Shown here piece by piece: positions 37,968-48,258 of a DNA stretch of 64,000 nucleotides. Source of the stretch: a bacterium (GTDB lineage Bacteria > Patescibacteriota > Microgenomatia > Levybacterales > UBA12049); contig JAJYDJ010000001.1 in assembly GCA_021777565.1 (NCBI GenBank), forward strand, positions 24,431 to 88,430, in the 5' to 3' direction. The notes under the pieces are model-generated. The model had not been told where the DNA came from. It made no database searches and was given only the letters and a program-made list of their open reading frames with translations. The stretch's first letter is position 1. Each line of letters starts with the position of its first letter. Position numbers and translations under genes: made by a program.

Positions 37968-39194
37968 ATGGGTATGTGGCGATTTTTAGAAAAACAGTGG
38001 AGCCAGGCTACACTAGGACTTCTTGCGGGGCGAACGATTGCTTCCTATGAAAGAGATTTTTTTACCTTAAAAACAGTCTCACTTCCAAAAACACAACTGG
38101 CAAAAGATTTGGAGAAACTTTGCAAGGAAAAAGATGGATTTTTAACGCTGGAAGAATTTTATCAAGAAGAATTGTATGGCGAGCATGGATATTACGCCAC
38201 CAAATATCGTAATGTGTTGACCAATACACCACCACGGTGGGCACACAGTATGTTGCACCTGTGTAAACTCTTTGGGTATCATTTTTTTGCAGAGCTTGGT
38301 CCGGGTGATGGAAGACTTGCCATTATGACACTCATTGAGGCAGAGAAAGCCAAGTACGATCTCTCCTGGGGTGGGGTAGAAATCGCTGCCCCGATGCGTG
38401 AGGCGATCACCCAAAACTTTAAAAAGTATGGCTTCACAGCAAAAAAAGAATTTCTTGTGTCACAGGTCAAAGATATGAAGGTGAAAGACCCGTGTCTTTT
38501 TATTTTCCCGTATGGACTTGATAGCATCTCACCTGAGGTTTTTATCAACACGTCAGAACATTTGGATGTGCCAGATAGTCTGGTTGGAGTGACGATTGAG
38601 AAGGGAATACTGACCGAAATTATTCTTTCACCCAAACAGTTAGCGTCTCGTGGGGTCAGTATCAAGAAGGGGATCTATGATGATGGGAAGATACAGGTAG
38701 ATCTTTCTTCTTGGAAATTAGTACCAATGCAGCGAGCATACATCGCGCCAAAAGTCTTGCATGCCGTGAAAGATGTGGTTGAAAAGCTTCCCAGCACCTC
38801 ACGACTCTGTATCATTGACGAGTTTCGAACAGATAGAGGCAATTATGTTTCAAGTCATTTACTAGCGCCACGTAATCTTCTGGCGACAGAACGCGATTGT
38901 GTGGATTTGGTGGATGGATATGAACGCATTGGCAAAACTGATTACTATTTTCCATTTTATCTCAAGTCATTCTTGGGATTTCTTAAATCTCTGGGGATAG
39001 AGGTCGAGTATGTTGACTCGGAGTATTATGCAGCGCAAATTCTCTCAACGGTCAAAGAACTGCCAAAAGAGACAAAACTTCCCGGGGCATATTCACAAGT
39101 AATTATTACTGCTCCCTTGAAAGGGAAAAAGCTTGCTGAGAAGCTGGATTTCCCACTTGACCCGAGCGATCTTCGTACCAGGATCAGATCCTGA
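37968..39194 (+). CDS. SAM-dependent methyltransferase, MidA/NDUFAF7-like (copy 1)
   Basis: LTLEEFYQEELYGEHGYY, ELGPGDGRLA, GVEI, LDS. Confidence 0.7.
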   Translation: MGMWRFLEKQWSQATLGLLAGRTIASYERDFFTLKTVSLPKTQLAKDLEKLCKEKDGFLTLEEFYQEELYGEHGYYATKYRNVLTNTPPRWAHSMLHLCKLFGYHFFAELGPGDGRLAIMTLIEAEKAKYDLSWGGVEIAAPMREAITQNFKKYGFTAKKEFLVSQVKDMKVKDPCLFIFPYGLDSISPEVFINTSEHLDVPDSLVGVTIEKGILTEIILSPKQLASRGVSIKKGIYDDGKIQVDLSSWKLVPMQRAYIAPKVLHAVKDVVEKLPSTSRLCIIDEFRTDRGNYVSSHLLAPRNLLATERDCVDLVDGYERIGKTDYYFPFYLKSFLGFLKSLGIEVEYVDSEYYAAQILSTVKELPKETKLPGAYSQVIITAPLKGKKLAEKLDFPLDPSDLRTRIRS

Positions 39195-39206
39195 TACAAT
39201 AGGTGC

Positions 39207-40415
39207 ATGAGTACTCGAGAAGAGCTGTCTCGCACCATCAGAAGTATCTTTCGTCCACTTCTTGCAGGGACACGCGTTAGTGATTTTCAAAAGAAATTCT
39301 ACGATCTCCAGACGGTCAAACTTCCGGATACGCTTCTTGTGCATGATCTCGAGGAGTTGTGTAGAAGAAATGGTGGGTTTTTGACCATGGGGGAGTTATA
39401 CCAGGAGGAATTGTATGGAACGCATGGGTATTATGCCAAAAAATCAAATACCGTGCTGACGGACACGCCATCTCGATGGGCTGATGGTATCGTGGCAATC
39501 TGCAAAGAGTTTGGTCTCACGCATTGTGTCGAGATTGGTCCTGGAGATGGGTCACTGGCACTCTCTATGCTTGCACAAGAGCCACAGCTTAACTGGAGTG
39601 GAGTAGAGATAGCAGGGGTACTGCGAGAGAAGATCGCTGAGAAGTTTCACAGTGCTGGTAGGCAGTACGACCAACTCGTAGAAAATGTCGGACAATTGCG
39701 ACAGAAAGATGCTGCCTTGTATCTTTTTGTGTATGCACTGGATAGTATGCCCCCAGAAGTGTTCATCAATACCGGAAAGAAAACGAGTGCCCCAAATGCA
39801 CTGCTTGGAGTGCGCATACAGAATGGGATGCTCCAGGAAGTAGTTTTATCTCACAAAGAATTAGCACAAAGAAAGATGTCTCTTGCAAAAGGTGTGATGA
39901 CGATTGGTGATGAGAGAATTGATCTTTCTTCCTGGCACCTTATGCCACAGCAGCGGGCATACATTCCAATGAGTTCTTTAGTACTTTTGTCCAAGACGGT
40001 TTCTCGTGCTCCCAAAGGGTCACGCATCTGTATTATTGATGAGTTTCGAAAAGATAAAGGCGCATATGTATCACCACACTTGTTGGTCCCTCGTGATCCG
40101 AGGCTTTATCGCAGAGACAAAACAAACATCCGCCAGAATTATGAACATATAGGGACTATAGATTATTACTTCCCCCAATACAGCTATTCGCTGCAGAAAT
40201 ATTTGGCATCTCTGGGTGTGTCCTGTGTTCTGGTAGATAGTGAGATGGCATTGAGCGCTTACATGAAAGCACATCATAAACTCCCGCGTAAGCCACTTGA
40301 TACTGAAAGTAAAACGCAATGTTTTATTACCAATACTATTGAAAAAAGGAAAAAGAAAGTAGTATATCCACTTCGACCAGAGGATATGCATACACACTCA
40401 AGTTGGGAATGGTGA
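39207..40415 (+). CDS. SAM-dependent methyltransferase, MidA/NDUFAF7-like (copy 2)
   Basis: YQEELYGTHGYY, EIGPGDGSLA, LDS; paralog of the upstream gene. Confidence 0.7.
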   Translation: MSTREELSRTIRSIFRPLLAGTRVSDFQKKFYDLQTVKLPDTLLVHDLEELCRRNGGFLTMGELYQEELYGTHGYYAKKSNTVLTDTPSRWADGIVAICKEFGLTHCVEIGPGDGSLALSMLAQEPQLNWSGVEIAGVLREKIAEKFHSAGRQYDQLVENVGQLRQKDAALYLFVYALDSMPPEVFINTGKKTSAPNALLGVRIQNGMLQEVVLSHKELAQRKMSLAKGVMTIGDERIDLSSWHLMPQQRAYIPMSSLVLLSKTVSRAPKGSRICIIDEFRKDKGAYVSPHLLVPRDPRLYRRDKTNIRQNYEHIGTIDYYFPQYSYSLQKYLASLGVSCVLVDSEMALSAYMKAHHKLPRKPLDTESKTQCFITNTIEKRKKKVVYPLRPEDMHTHSSWEW

Positions 40416-40443
40416 GGGGATATGGTATCATTTCCCTAGGTTT

Positions 40444-40530
40444 GGAGAGGTGTCTGAGTGGTTGAAAGAGCCGCTCTCGAAAAGCGGTGTGGGAGTAATC
40501 TCATCGTGGGTTCGAATCCCACCCTCTCCG
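40444..40530 (+). tRNA. tRNA-Ser(CGA)
   Basis: GGAGAGG/CCTCTCC acceptor stem, CCGCT-CTCGAAA-AGCGG anticodon arm, long variable arm, GGTTCGAATCC. Confidence 0.96.
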
Positions 40531-40531
40531 C

Positions 40532-41062
40532 ATGTATTTTATAACGGGTAGTCAAGGAAAATTTGAAGAAGCAAAACGAATACTGCCTGATCTCAAGCAA
40601 CTAGATATCGACTTGCCAGAGATTCAAGAAATGGATCCTCAGGCTATTATCAAGGCAAAGCTTCAGGCTGCCTTTGAGCATCATCAAGGACCGTTTATGG
40701 TTGAAGATACTTCTTTGTCCTGTGAGGGCTTAGGAGGGCTTCCAGGGCCCCTTATTAAGTGGTTTCTTAAGGCTCTTGGTCCATCCGGCACTGCCAAACT
40801 TGCCCTGCAATCAGGCAACACACAGGCCGTTGCACGCACGTGTGTTGGGTATGCACAAAATCCCACAGATATTCATTTTTTTGAAGGCACCATTGCGGGC
40901 ACGATCGTTGCGCCACGAGGAGAATTTGGCTTTGGGTGGGATAGCATCTTTCTTCCAGATGGATTTACCAAAACATTTGGTGAAATGACACGCGATCAGA
41001 AACAAGAGATCAGTATGCGAGCAATTGCCGTAGGAGCTTTGAAAGACTTCTTAACGAGTTAG
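40532..41062 (+). CDS. rdgB: Ham1/RdgB non-canonical purine NTP pyrophosphatase
   Basis: TGSQGKFEE, EDTSL, LPGPLIKW, FGWDSIF. Confidence 0.9.
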   Translation: MYFITGSQGKFEEAKRILPDLKQLDIDLPEIQEMDPQAIIKAKLQAAFEHHQGPFMVEDTSLSCEGLGGLPGPLIKWFLKALGPSGTAKLALQSGNTQAVARTCVGYAQNPTDIHFFEGTIAGTIVAPRGEFGFGWDSIFLPDGFTKTFGEMTRDQKQEISMRAIAVGALKDFLTS

Positions 41063-42318
41063 TGAGTGTAACTCAGGCCGTATTGACCCATGGACCTTCT
41101 GAGGAGATTGTAGTCAATGCCATCAATGGAACCATCGTCATTTAAGTCAGAGTACAAACCAAAGGTGGAATCATAGTAAAAAATGTTTTTGTCAGGAATA
41201 CTCATGGCAGCTTGGCAGTTTGGATCAAGTGATGCTGGTGTGTTGGTGCAGTGTAACATGTAGGTATTTAACCAGAGATTGTAGTCTGCTGTGTCAATGG
41301 CATTGTCTCCGTTAATGTCTCCAACAGAGAGAAGTGGTGTCTTTGAAGGATCAGCTGGTACTTTGATGGGAGAAGGATTGGAAGCATTCTCAGTCTGACC
41401 AGAACCAGTGTTGGGATCGGTGGTAATAGAACCATCAGCATTTACGGTAAATGGATCATTGTCATCAAGAAGGCTCTCAATGGTCAGGTTTGGGAATCGT
41501 ATGGCAGTGTAGTATGTTCCAGGATACAGAGCAACCGTCACTTGTGTGTTCTGGTATACATCAAGAGATGCATTGAAAGGGAAGGTAACCTTCATGCTCT
41601 TGGCAATAATCTTGTTGGTGATGTCCTTGTAAAAGGTAAGGACAACAGTACGTGGTTGAATACCAGTTAATCCACTTCCAGGAGAGCCATCACCATTCAG
41701 TTGGAGATTGTAACGATCAATACCCATAACGTGAGCAGCAATACTTAACTTTACAGGGAAAGGAGCAGGAGTAGCCGTCGGACCAGAAGGAGTAGGTGAT
41801 GGGGTTGGTGAGGGTGAAGGAGTAGGAGTTGGGGTATTGGCACAATTTGGAACCGTTGCTCCAAAATCAGCAGTATACCCGGTGGTGATACCCGAACCCC
41901 CTTCTGATTTTGGTACCCCACCAGTAATTTTCCCTCCAATATATTCACCTGGTGAGAGTGGTGCATTATCCTGTCCCGCACTCCCATCATTACCAAACGG
42001 AGGAGTTTTCATAGCAAAGGAAGTTACATTCCCAACATGGAATTGATACCAGTTGTTATTTCGACTATAAACGATATTGAAACTCGTATCTCCATAATTA
42101 TTACTCCAGTTCCATGTCATAACTGGTGAGTTGCCAGAACAGGATGGCGTTAGTGCTAATGTATTACATTCATATTTTCCGCTGTAGCTGCTACATGGGT
42201 ATGCTTCTGCTGCATAGGATTTTGCGATCGGAGCATTTGATACGGATGCCGCTGGGACAATATTTACGACCAAAAGGAGGATAGTCAGAACTGCGAGAGT
42301 ACTTTTAACAATGAACAT
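41059..42318 (-). CDS. Secreted protein with PT linker and C-terminal dockerin-like domain
   Basis: Signal peptide, TPTPTPSP linker, GDINGDNAIDTADY and DLNDDGSIDGIDY. Confidence 0.8.
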   Translation of the reverse strand: MFIVKSTLAVLTILLLVVNIVPAASVSNAPIAKSYAAEAYPCSSYSGKYECNTLALTPSCSGNSPVMTWNWSNNYGDTSFNIVYSRNNNWYQFHVGNVTSFAMKTPPFGNDGSAGQDNAPLSPGEYIGGKITGGVPKSEGGSGITTGYTADFGATVPNCANTPTPTPSPSPTPSPTPSGPTATPAPFPVKLSIAAHVMGIDRYNLQLNGDGSPGSGLTGIQPRTVVLTFYKDITNKIIAKSMKVTFPFNASLDVYQNTQVTVALYPGTYYTAIRFPNLTIESLLDDNDPFTVNADGSITTDPNTGSGQTENASNPSPIKVPADPSKTPLLSVGDINGDNAIDTADYNLWLNTYMLHCTNTPASLDPNCQAAMSIPDKNIFYYDSTFGLYSDLNDDGSIDGIDYNLLRRSMGQYGLSYTH

Positions 42319-42358
42319 ATATCTCTAGTATATCCACTGAAGAGTTTGGAGTGCAAGA

Positions 42359-43552
42359 CTATCTAAGATTAATGGTATAGAGGTTTGGCACAATCTCTGA
42401 GTTGCCAAGATTGGTCAAGATCACGATCTTACTTCCTGTTGGCCAGGGGATGGCAAATCCATCGACAAATGGTCCGGCATAGAGGATATGTTGGTTGCTT
42501 CCATCACTATCAACAACGGTAACTTGTTTGTTTTGGACATAGACGATGTGTCGACTATCGAAAAACCAGTGTGGCATGATGTCAGGCCCGACACTTACAG
42601 GAAGAGCAAAATTCTTGTCCTCTTTAATACTGTAAACGTAGAATGTCCCTGGCTGAAGGACGCGCTGTTGGGTAACGGTGTTACTGTCTGGTAATGGCTT
42701 CATCATCGGTTCTAGTGTTGCAGCCTGTGTCGCTTGATAGAAGATCTGAGAATCATCTGGTGACCAGACCAGGTTGGCTGCGTTGGTACTTAAAAAGGTT
42801 CTCAGAGAAAGAGGAAGGGCACTCAGCTTTGCTGTTATCTTATCTTCTCGGTCTTTTGCCCAGCCATTGGTGACATCAGCATAGGTTTCAGTAATATCCT
42901 GTGGGGTGCTATTAAATGAAGTGGCATCCAAAAGATACTGGACTGGTTTGGCATTTGCCTTGGCACTCATACTGGCAACCAACTTGGTCCCGTCTGGTGA
43001 CCAGGAGAGCTGGGACTGAGAAAATGTGTCAGTAGTATCGTCTGTGATCTGTTGCGAGCCACTTTGTAACGTTAGTAGCATGTTGTTATTCATGTTGAGG
43101 ACATAGACTCCATTTTTCTTGGCTGATTGAGAGGCGACGGTGTAGGCAATTTTTGTTCCTGATGGGTCAACAACTGGATTGCTGACACCAAGCTCAGTAA
43201 TATTCTCAAGTTGTGGAGCGATGGGGAAGAGATAGGCAGTAAGTTTGGTGACTACTTCTTGGTTGACCTTCACGGTGCGCTCCCATGGCAGGTATCCATC
43301 CTTTTTAATAGAAACATCATACGTATCTGGAGCGAGATTAATAGTGTTATTGGTTGCGGTCGTGAGATGGCCGTTGATGAACACTTCAGCCCCGTCAGGA
43401 TCACTGGTCACGACCAGTATGCCACTCCCGGTAAGTTGAGGTTTACCCGTGTTGAAGGACAACTGGTACCCACGTGCATAAAGAATTACCACCAGTGTCG
43501 CAACCGCAAGAAAAAGAAGGGTCGCAATAGGCATGATAATGTTCCAGCGCAT
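42359..43552 (-). CDS. PEGA-domain / beta-propeller surface protein
   Basis: YARGY, VTSDPDGAEVFING...KDGYLPW, WSPDG repeats. Confidence 0.88.
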   Translation of the reverse strand: MRWNIIMPIATLLFLAVATLVVILYARGYQLSFNTGKPQLTGSGILVVTSDPDGAEVFINGHLTTATNNTINLAPDTYDVSIKKDGYLPWERTVKVNQEVVTKLTAYLFPIAPQLENITELGVSNPVVDPSGTKIAYTVASQSAKKNGVYVLNMNNNMLLTLQSGSQQITDDTTDTFSQSQLSWSPDGTKLVASMSAKANAKPVQYLLDATSFNSTPQDITETYADVTNGWAKDREDKITAKLSALPLSLRTFLSTNAANLVWSPDDSQIFYQATQAATLEPMMKPLPDSNTVTQQRVLQPGTFYVYSIKEDKNFALPVSVGPDIMPHWFFDSRHIVYVQNKQVTVVDSDGSNQHILYAGPFVDGFAIPWPTGSKIVILTNLGNSEIVPNLYTINLR

Positions 43553-43717
43553 AGGGTTATTATATCTCTTGTCCTTACAATAGTCCAATTACGGACACAT
43601 ATTCAAGCGTCATCTCATGTTTGCACTCCTGCGTTTTATTGTTATAATCAGATAAGCGAAAATATAGAGATTCTGATACAGTAATAATGTATTCTGATCT
43701 ATTCGCCAATACATATT

Positions 43718-44737
43718 ATGCTTTCAAAACGTATTGGTATTGATTTAGGGACTGCAAACACACTGGTTTATCTTGCTGGAGAAGGAAGAATTGTGCTCAA
43801 TGAGCCTACGGTCGTGGCTGTCACCGCAGAAGAAAATCAGGTGGTCGCTGTGGGAACAGAAGCCAAGGAAATGCTTGGGAGAACTCCGGGGAACATTGTG
43901 GCACTCAGACCGCTCAAGGATGGCGTTATCGCTGACTACACGATCACACAGGCCATGCTTTCATACTTTATTGATAAAGCCTGTGGCCGCTCTCGTTTTT
44001 TCAAACCTGAAGTCATGATCTGTATCCCATCAGGAGTTACTCAGGTCGAGCGTCGTGCAGTCTATGATGCGGCAATTGCTGCTGGTGCACGCGCGGTCTA
44101 TCTCATTGACGAACCGCTCGCTGCTGCCATTGGTGCCAAAATCCCTATCGCACAGCCTGCAGGGCATATGATTGTCGACATTGGTGGAGGCTCAGTCGAG
44201 GCTGCCGTTATCTCACTGGGTGGTGTCGTCGTGCATAACAGTGTGCGTATGGCTGGCAACAAGATCGATGAAGCAATTGCAAACTATCTCAAGAAGAAAT
44301 GTAACCTCCTGATCGGGGAGCGCACGGCTGAAGAGATCAAGATCGCCATCGGTAATGCCTTCACCGAGGGTATGAAGGAAGCAGATATCCGTACGATGGA
44401 GGTACGCGGGCGGGATAGTATCACCGGACTTCCACGAAGCGTTGAAGTTACTGAGTTGCAAATCAACGAGGCTATCAAGCCTGTCCTTGTGGAGATGGTC
44501 AATGGTGTGAAGAAAGTACTTGAAGACACCCCACCTGAGATGGCAAGTGACATTATAAACAAGGGGATCGTGCTCAGTGGAGGCACCGCACAGCTGTACA
44601 ACCTCGACCGTTTTGTGCGTGAACAGACTGGTGTCCCTTGCCATGTTGCTGAGGACCCACTTTTGTGCGTGGCTCGTGGGACAGGCATAGCGCTTGAGAA
44701 TCTTGAGCTCTACAAACGCAGTATTACCAAACGCTAG
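43718..44737 (+). CDS. mreB: Rod shape-determining protein MreB
   Basis: IGIDLGTANTL, RPLKDGVIAD, VDIGGG, LSGGTA. Confidence 0.97.
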   Translation: MLSKRIGIDLGTANTLVYLAGEGRIVLNEPTVVAVTAEENQVVAVGTEAKEMLGRTPGNIVALRPLKDGVIADYTITQAMLSYFIDKACGRSRFFKPEVMICIPSGVTQVERRAVYDAAIAAGARAVYLIDEPLAAAIGAKIPIAQPAGHMIVDIGGGSVEAAVISLGGVVVHNSVRMAGNKIDEAIANYLKKKCNLLIGERTAEEIKIAIGNAFTEGMKEADIRTMEVRGRDSITGLPRSVEVTELQINEAIKPVLVEMVNGVKKVLEDTPPEMASDIINKGIVLSGGTAQLYNLDRFVREQTGVPCHVAEDPLLCVARGTGIALENLELYKRSITKR

Positions 44738-45272
44738 GCTCCAAATCTTTAATAATTTTCACAGAATAAATAGCCTAAAGTAATATGCCTCATTTGGCTT
44801 AAAAAAGACCACTTTTTCAACAGGAAGTACTCGTTTTTACCCTTTCATTAAGACGATCGACAAGTTGAGAAACGTGCACAATTTTTACTCTCTTCCTGGC
44901 AATACCCGTGGGAGTACTGGCACAGAAGCGTCCTATATATGCAAAGTTCAGTATTGTGAAAACTTTTGACAAAAAATATCATTTTGACATCAAAAATCTT
45001 ATAAGACATATCAGGGAAACAAGTTTTTGAAAATTCACTAGCTCTGAAGACACAAAAAGAGAGGAGAGAGAAACGCCAAAATTTGGTGTTAGAAAGAGTA
45101 TTTTAGATTGATTTAACGACCAAATTGTCAAGTCAAGAGAATTTAGCAATCTTAAGCAATGAGTGCTAAATTGGGGGGTATTCCAAGAATTATCGGATGT
45201 AACTTTAATCTCTTTCCAGTGAGAAATTCCTGACATGCGCTTCTTTTGCCAGTTTTGCTATACTGAAAAGGT

Positions 45273-46061
45273 ATGCAGGTTGAGATCCTCGGTATCCCGG
45301 TGACGTTCATTAAGCATGAAAAGGCGCTTGTGATGATATCTGAACGTGCCAAAGCCTCAAAGGAAAAACAACCTTTCTTCATTATAACCGCAAATCCTGA
45401 GTTTTTACTCTATGCCAGAGAGCATGAAGGATTTAGAGAAGCTATGCTTGCTGCAGACTTAGTGCTTCCTGATGGGGTAGCGCTTGCTCAGGCACGATAC
45501 TTCCTGGAATCAAGGCCAAAAAATTTCCTTCAAAAGCTTTCACTCGCCTGCGTCATTTGCCTCAAAACCGTGAAAGGTGACTTTCACCAAGATAAAGTAA
45601 CTGGAGTTGCCTTGGTAAAAGATCTCCTGCAAGATCAGGCGCTGTCAGTATTCTTACTGGGAGGAAGGGAAAAAGTCGGGGAGATCGTGGCACAGAAGTA
45701 TCAGAGACCCTTCTTTGAAGGGCCAATGCGTATTAAGAAGGCAACCCGTGAGGAGCACGAAACGATTCTGGAGAAGGTGAAGGAGGTACGTCCTGAGGTA
45801 CTTCTCGTCTCATTTGGGCACTTCTCGCAGGAGTTGTGGATTCATGAGCATCTTCGTGATCTTGCCTGTCAGGTGGTCATAGGAGTGGGGAGCACGTTTG
45901 ATGAGCTAGCTGGTCGTGGATACTGGTCGAAGCAAGTCCCTGGTGTCTTTGAAAAAGCTGGACTCAAATGGCTGTGGAGACTGTTGCATGACAGGAGTCA
46001 TTTTATTCGTGTGTGGAAAGCGGTGATAGTATTCCCTTGGGTCATTGCGTTCGGTTCATAA
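45273..46061 (+). CDS. WecB/TagA/CpsF glycosyltransferase
   Basis: TANPE, LPDGV, VTGVAL, QELWI, IGVGSTFD. Confidence 0.9.
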   Translation: MQVEILGIPVTFIKHEKALVMISERAKASKEKQPFFIITANPEFLLYAREHEGFREAMLAADLVLPDGVALAQARYFLESRPKNFLQKLSLACVICLKTVKGDFHQDKVTGVALVKDLLQDQALSVFLLGGREKVGEIVAQKYQRPFFEGPMRIKKATREEHETILEKVKEVRPEVLLVSFGHFSQELWIHEHLRDLACQVVIGVGSTFDELAGRGYWSKQVPGVFEKAGLKWLWRLLHDRSHFIRVWKAVIVFPWVIAFGS

Positions 46062-46100
46062 GATCTTTGCGCGGGACAGATTGTTTGCTATGCTAGCTAT

Positions 46101-46976
46101 ATGGCAAGTTTTGAATTCTTAGAAGATGCGTCACACCAGTCTGTGATCCTTGCCCCCAGACGCGCCAGACGTCCCAGACGAGGGAAAGAAGCTCCTAAAA
46201 AAGAATGTCCATTCTGTCACATACATCAGGAAGAAGTCATAGAGAAAGTCCACCTGGAAGATGTTGGTTACGAAAAGACGGGTCAGGAGTGGGATTTGTT
46301 GGTGATGCAGAATAAATTTCCATTTGCGACCCATCATGAAATGATCATCCACAGCCCAGATCATAAGAAGAATATTGATGAACTTCCTGAAATGTACACG
46401 GTGGCACTGTTAAGAACATTTCAACAACGTATGCGACTTCATGCAGAACACGGTCGTGTTATTTGTTTTCATAACTTTGGTGATCGCAGTGGGGCAAGTT
46501 TGAGCCATCCACATAGTCAGGTGGTTGTTGTTCCAGAATCGGTACCTTTTAGTATGACGCATGCGCCACGAGAAGTAGGTGAGTATGGATTTGCTCCAGT
46601 GGATGGTATCAGTCTGGTATGTCCTCACGCATCACAATGGCCTGATGAGACGTGGGTTATTGACCATGCAGAGAGTTCTTTTGCACACATGTCGCCTCAA
46701 AAAATAAAATACATGGCACATGTGCTTCGTCGTGCTATCCAGCTTCTGGTTCTGCGCCATGGAGTTGGCTTCTCATACAACTTTTATGTGAGCACTGATG
46801 CGCCTGCCTACATTCGTATTGTGCCACGCGTGAAGCGTATTGGTGGGTTTGAACTTGCAACTGGTATCTTTGTAAACACGCAAGATCCTGCAGAGACAGT
46901 GGCATTCCTGAAGGAACATTTCAATAAGGTGACATTACAAAAGGGATACAAAGCGAAGTATAAGAAGGCAGTTTAA
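46101..46976 (+). CDS. GalT-like HIT-family nucleotidyltransferase
   Basis: APRRARRP, CPFC, NKFP, HEMII, GASLSHPHSQ. Confidence 0.85.
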   Translation: MASFEFLEDASHQSVILAPRRARRPRRGKEAPKKECPFCHIHQEEVIEKVHLEDVGYEKTGQEWDLLVMQNKFPFATHHEMIIHSPDHKKNIDELPEMYTVALLRTFQQRMRLHAEHGRVICFHNFGDRSGASLSHPHSQVVVVPESVPFSMTHAPREVGEYGFAPVDGISLVCPHASQWPDETWVIDHAESSFAHMSPQKIKYMAHVLRRAIQLLVLRHGVGFSYNFYVSTDAPAYIRIVPRVKRIGGFELATGIFVNTQDPAETVAFLKEHFNKVTLQKGYKAKYKKAV

Positions 46977-47185
46977 ATTTGGCCTTTTGCTTGCATGCCA
47001 AGCATGTAGAGAACAGCTTCTTTTTTATAGCGGCGATCGCCACGAGAGTTGATGCGGATAGCTGGAAGTTTTCCTCGCTTACCCCAACGCTTGATGGTGA
47101 GTACTGATACGCGCAAGATTTGTGCAACTTCTTTGACAGTGAGAAGATCTGGTAAGTTATCGATTGATAGTGTTTGATTCGCCAT
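46973..47185 (-). CDS. Excisionase/MerR-like HTH DNA-binding protein
   Basis: LLTVKEVAQILRVSVLTIKRWGKRGKL...GDRRY. Confidence 0.9.
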   Translation of the reverse strand: MANQTLSIDNLPDLLTVKEVAQILRVSVLTIKRWGKRGKLPAIRINSRGDRRYKKEAVLYMLGMQAKGQI

Positions 47186-47269
47186 AGCCTTAAGAGTATA
47201 TCAATGTGAATATATCTAGTTACAAAGATACTAAATTATGCGTAATAAGTCAAGAAGAAAAACGTATTT

Positions 47270-48085
47270 TTATGCAGCAGTAAATGCAGGTTTTGGACTA
47301 ACAAGTCTACGTAAACTCCATCCTGGTTTTGCATCTGTTGTCTCATCTGTTGTCCATGATTCACTAGGACCTCCTAAACTCTTTTCCAACGCTTTCACAA
47401 TAGGAGTGAGATGCTGGTATTGAATGCCTGAAAGAAGGTTGCGTGCAATGCGATACGCAAAGAGATTAGTTGTATCCAGCAGAAGTGTTTCATTACTTTG
47501 TGAATCGATAACAAAAATCTCACCGCTGAGAGTAATCTGGAAAGAAAAGTGTCCATGAGTCAGCGTAACAGATTCTAGTCCTTTCGCTCCATACTGAACT
47601 TGCATGGTTCCAATAGGTTCATCAGCAGCATCAAGCATGTGATAGTGAAGTGCTCGTGTCCCACCAGCACCGTCAGTCGTCTCTGCCACTCTCTGCAGTC
47701 CGCCTGGGAACGTTTGGTGAGGGAAGACGAGATCGGCATACTTGCGCGCGCGAGCATTATCATCATTTGTAATGGCTGCAAGATGCTCGATAGTCGCTGC
47801 AATATCAGGGGGACACGTAGGGACTGATTTTGTCATGTAATCAGTCAAGACGATTGGCCGAATAGCTGAGTTGAGCAAGGTAAATCGTGCTGCCATGATG
47901 GTTCCACCAGTGTCAATGAATACTCCTTGACCATGAGAGTAATACGCATCTCTCGCAGGCTGAAGCATTTGGTAGGGGTCACCAAGAAGAAGGCCCTCAT
48001 CAGTCTCTGCAAAGACTACCATGGTGCAGCCTTGTGGCTGGGCACTTGCTTCTGGGCCTGTTGTCTGTGTCTCGACAGTTGCCAT
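47270..48085 (-). CDS. Hypothetical protein
   Basis: 271-aa ORF. Confidence 0.65.
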   Translation of the reverse strand: MATVETQTTGPEASAQPQGCTMVVFAETDEGLLLGDPYQMLQPARDAYYSHGQGVFIDTGGTIMAARFTLLNSAIRPIVLTDYMTKSVPTCPPDIAATIEHLAAITNDDNARARKYADLVFPHQTFPGGLQRVAETTDGAGGTRALHYHMLDAADEPIGTMQVQYGAKGLESVTLTHGHFSFQITLSGEIFVIDSQSNETLLLDTTNLFAYRIARNLLSGIQYQHLTPIVKALEKSLGGPSESWTTDETTDAKPGWSLRRLVSPKPAFTAA

Positions 48086-48258
48086 TTTGAAAGTATACGT
48101 CTCCAGAACGGCTCTGTCAATAGTATTATAGGGTGGATTTAGCCTCGAGTAAGGTTATTTAAGGCCTGGAGTAAGTGAATTCCACAAGATATCCCCAAAG
48201 TGTGGATTAGTAGTTATATATCCTATATCTAGCGAGGCATTTAAATGCGATTTTTTAC

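Noticed and set aside
37968-40415. Tandem paralogs as a DGR TR/VR pair or an assembly duplication
   Set aside because: Divergence is spread over all positions and all bases, consistent with an old gene duplication.
46973-47185. Excisionase-like HTH as marker of a third mobile element
   Set aside because: No integrase or compositional shift nearby; it is flanked by housekeeping and envelope genes.
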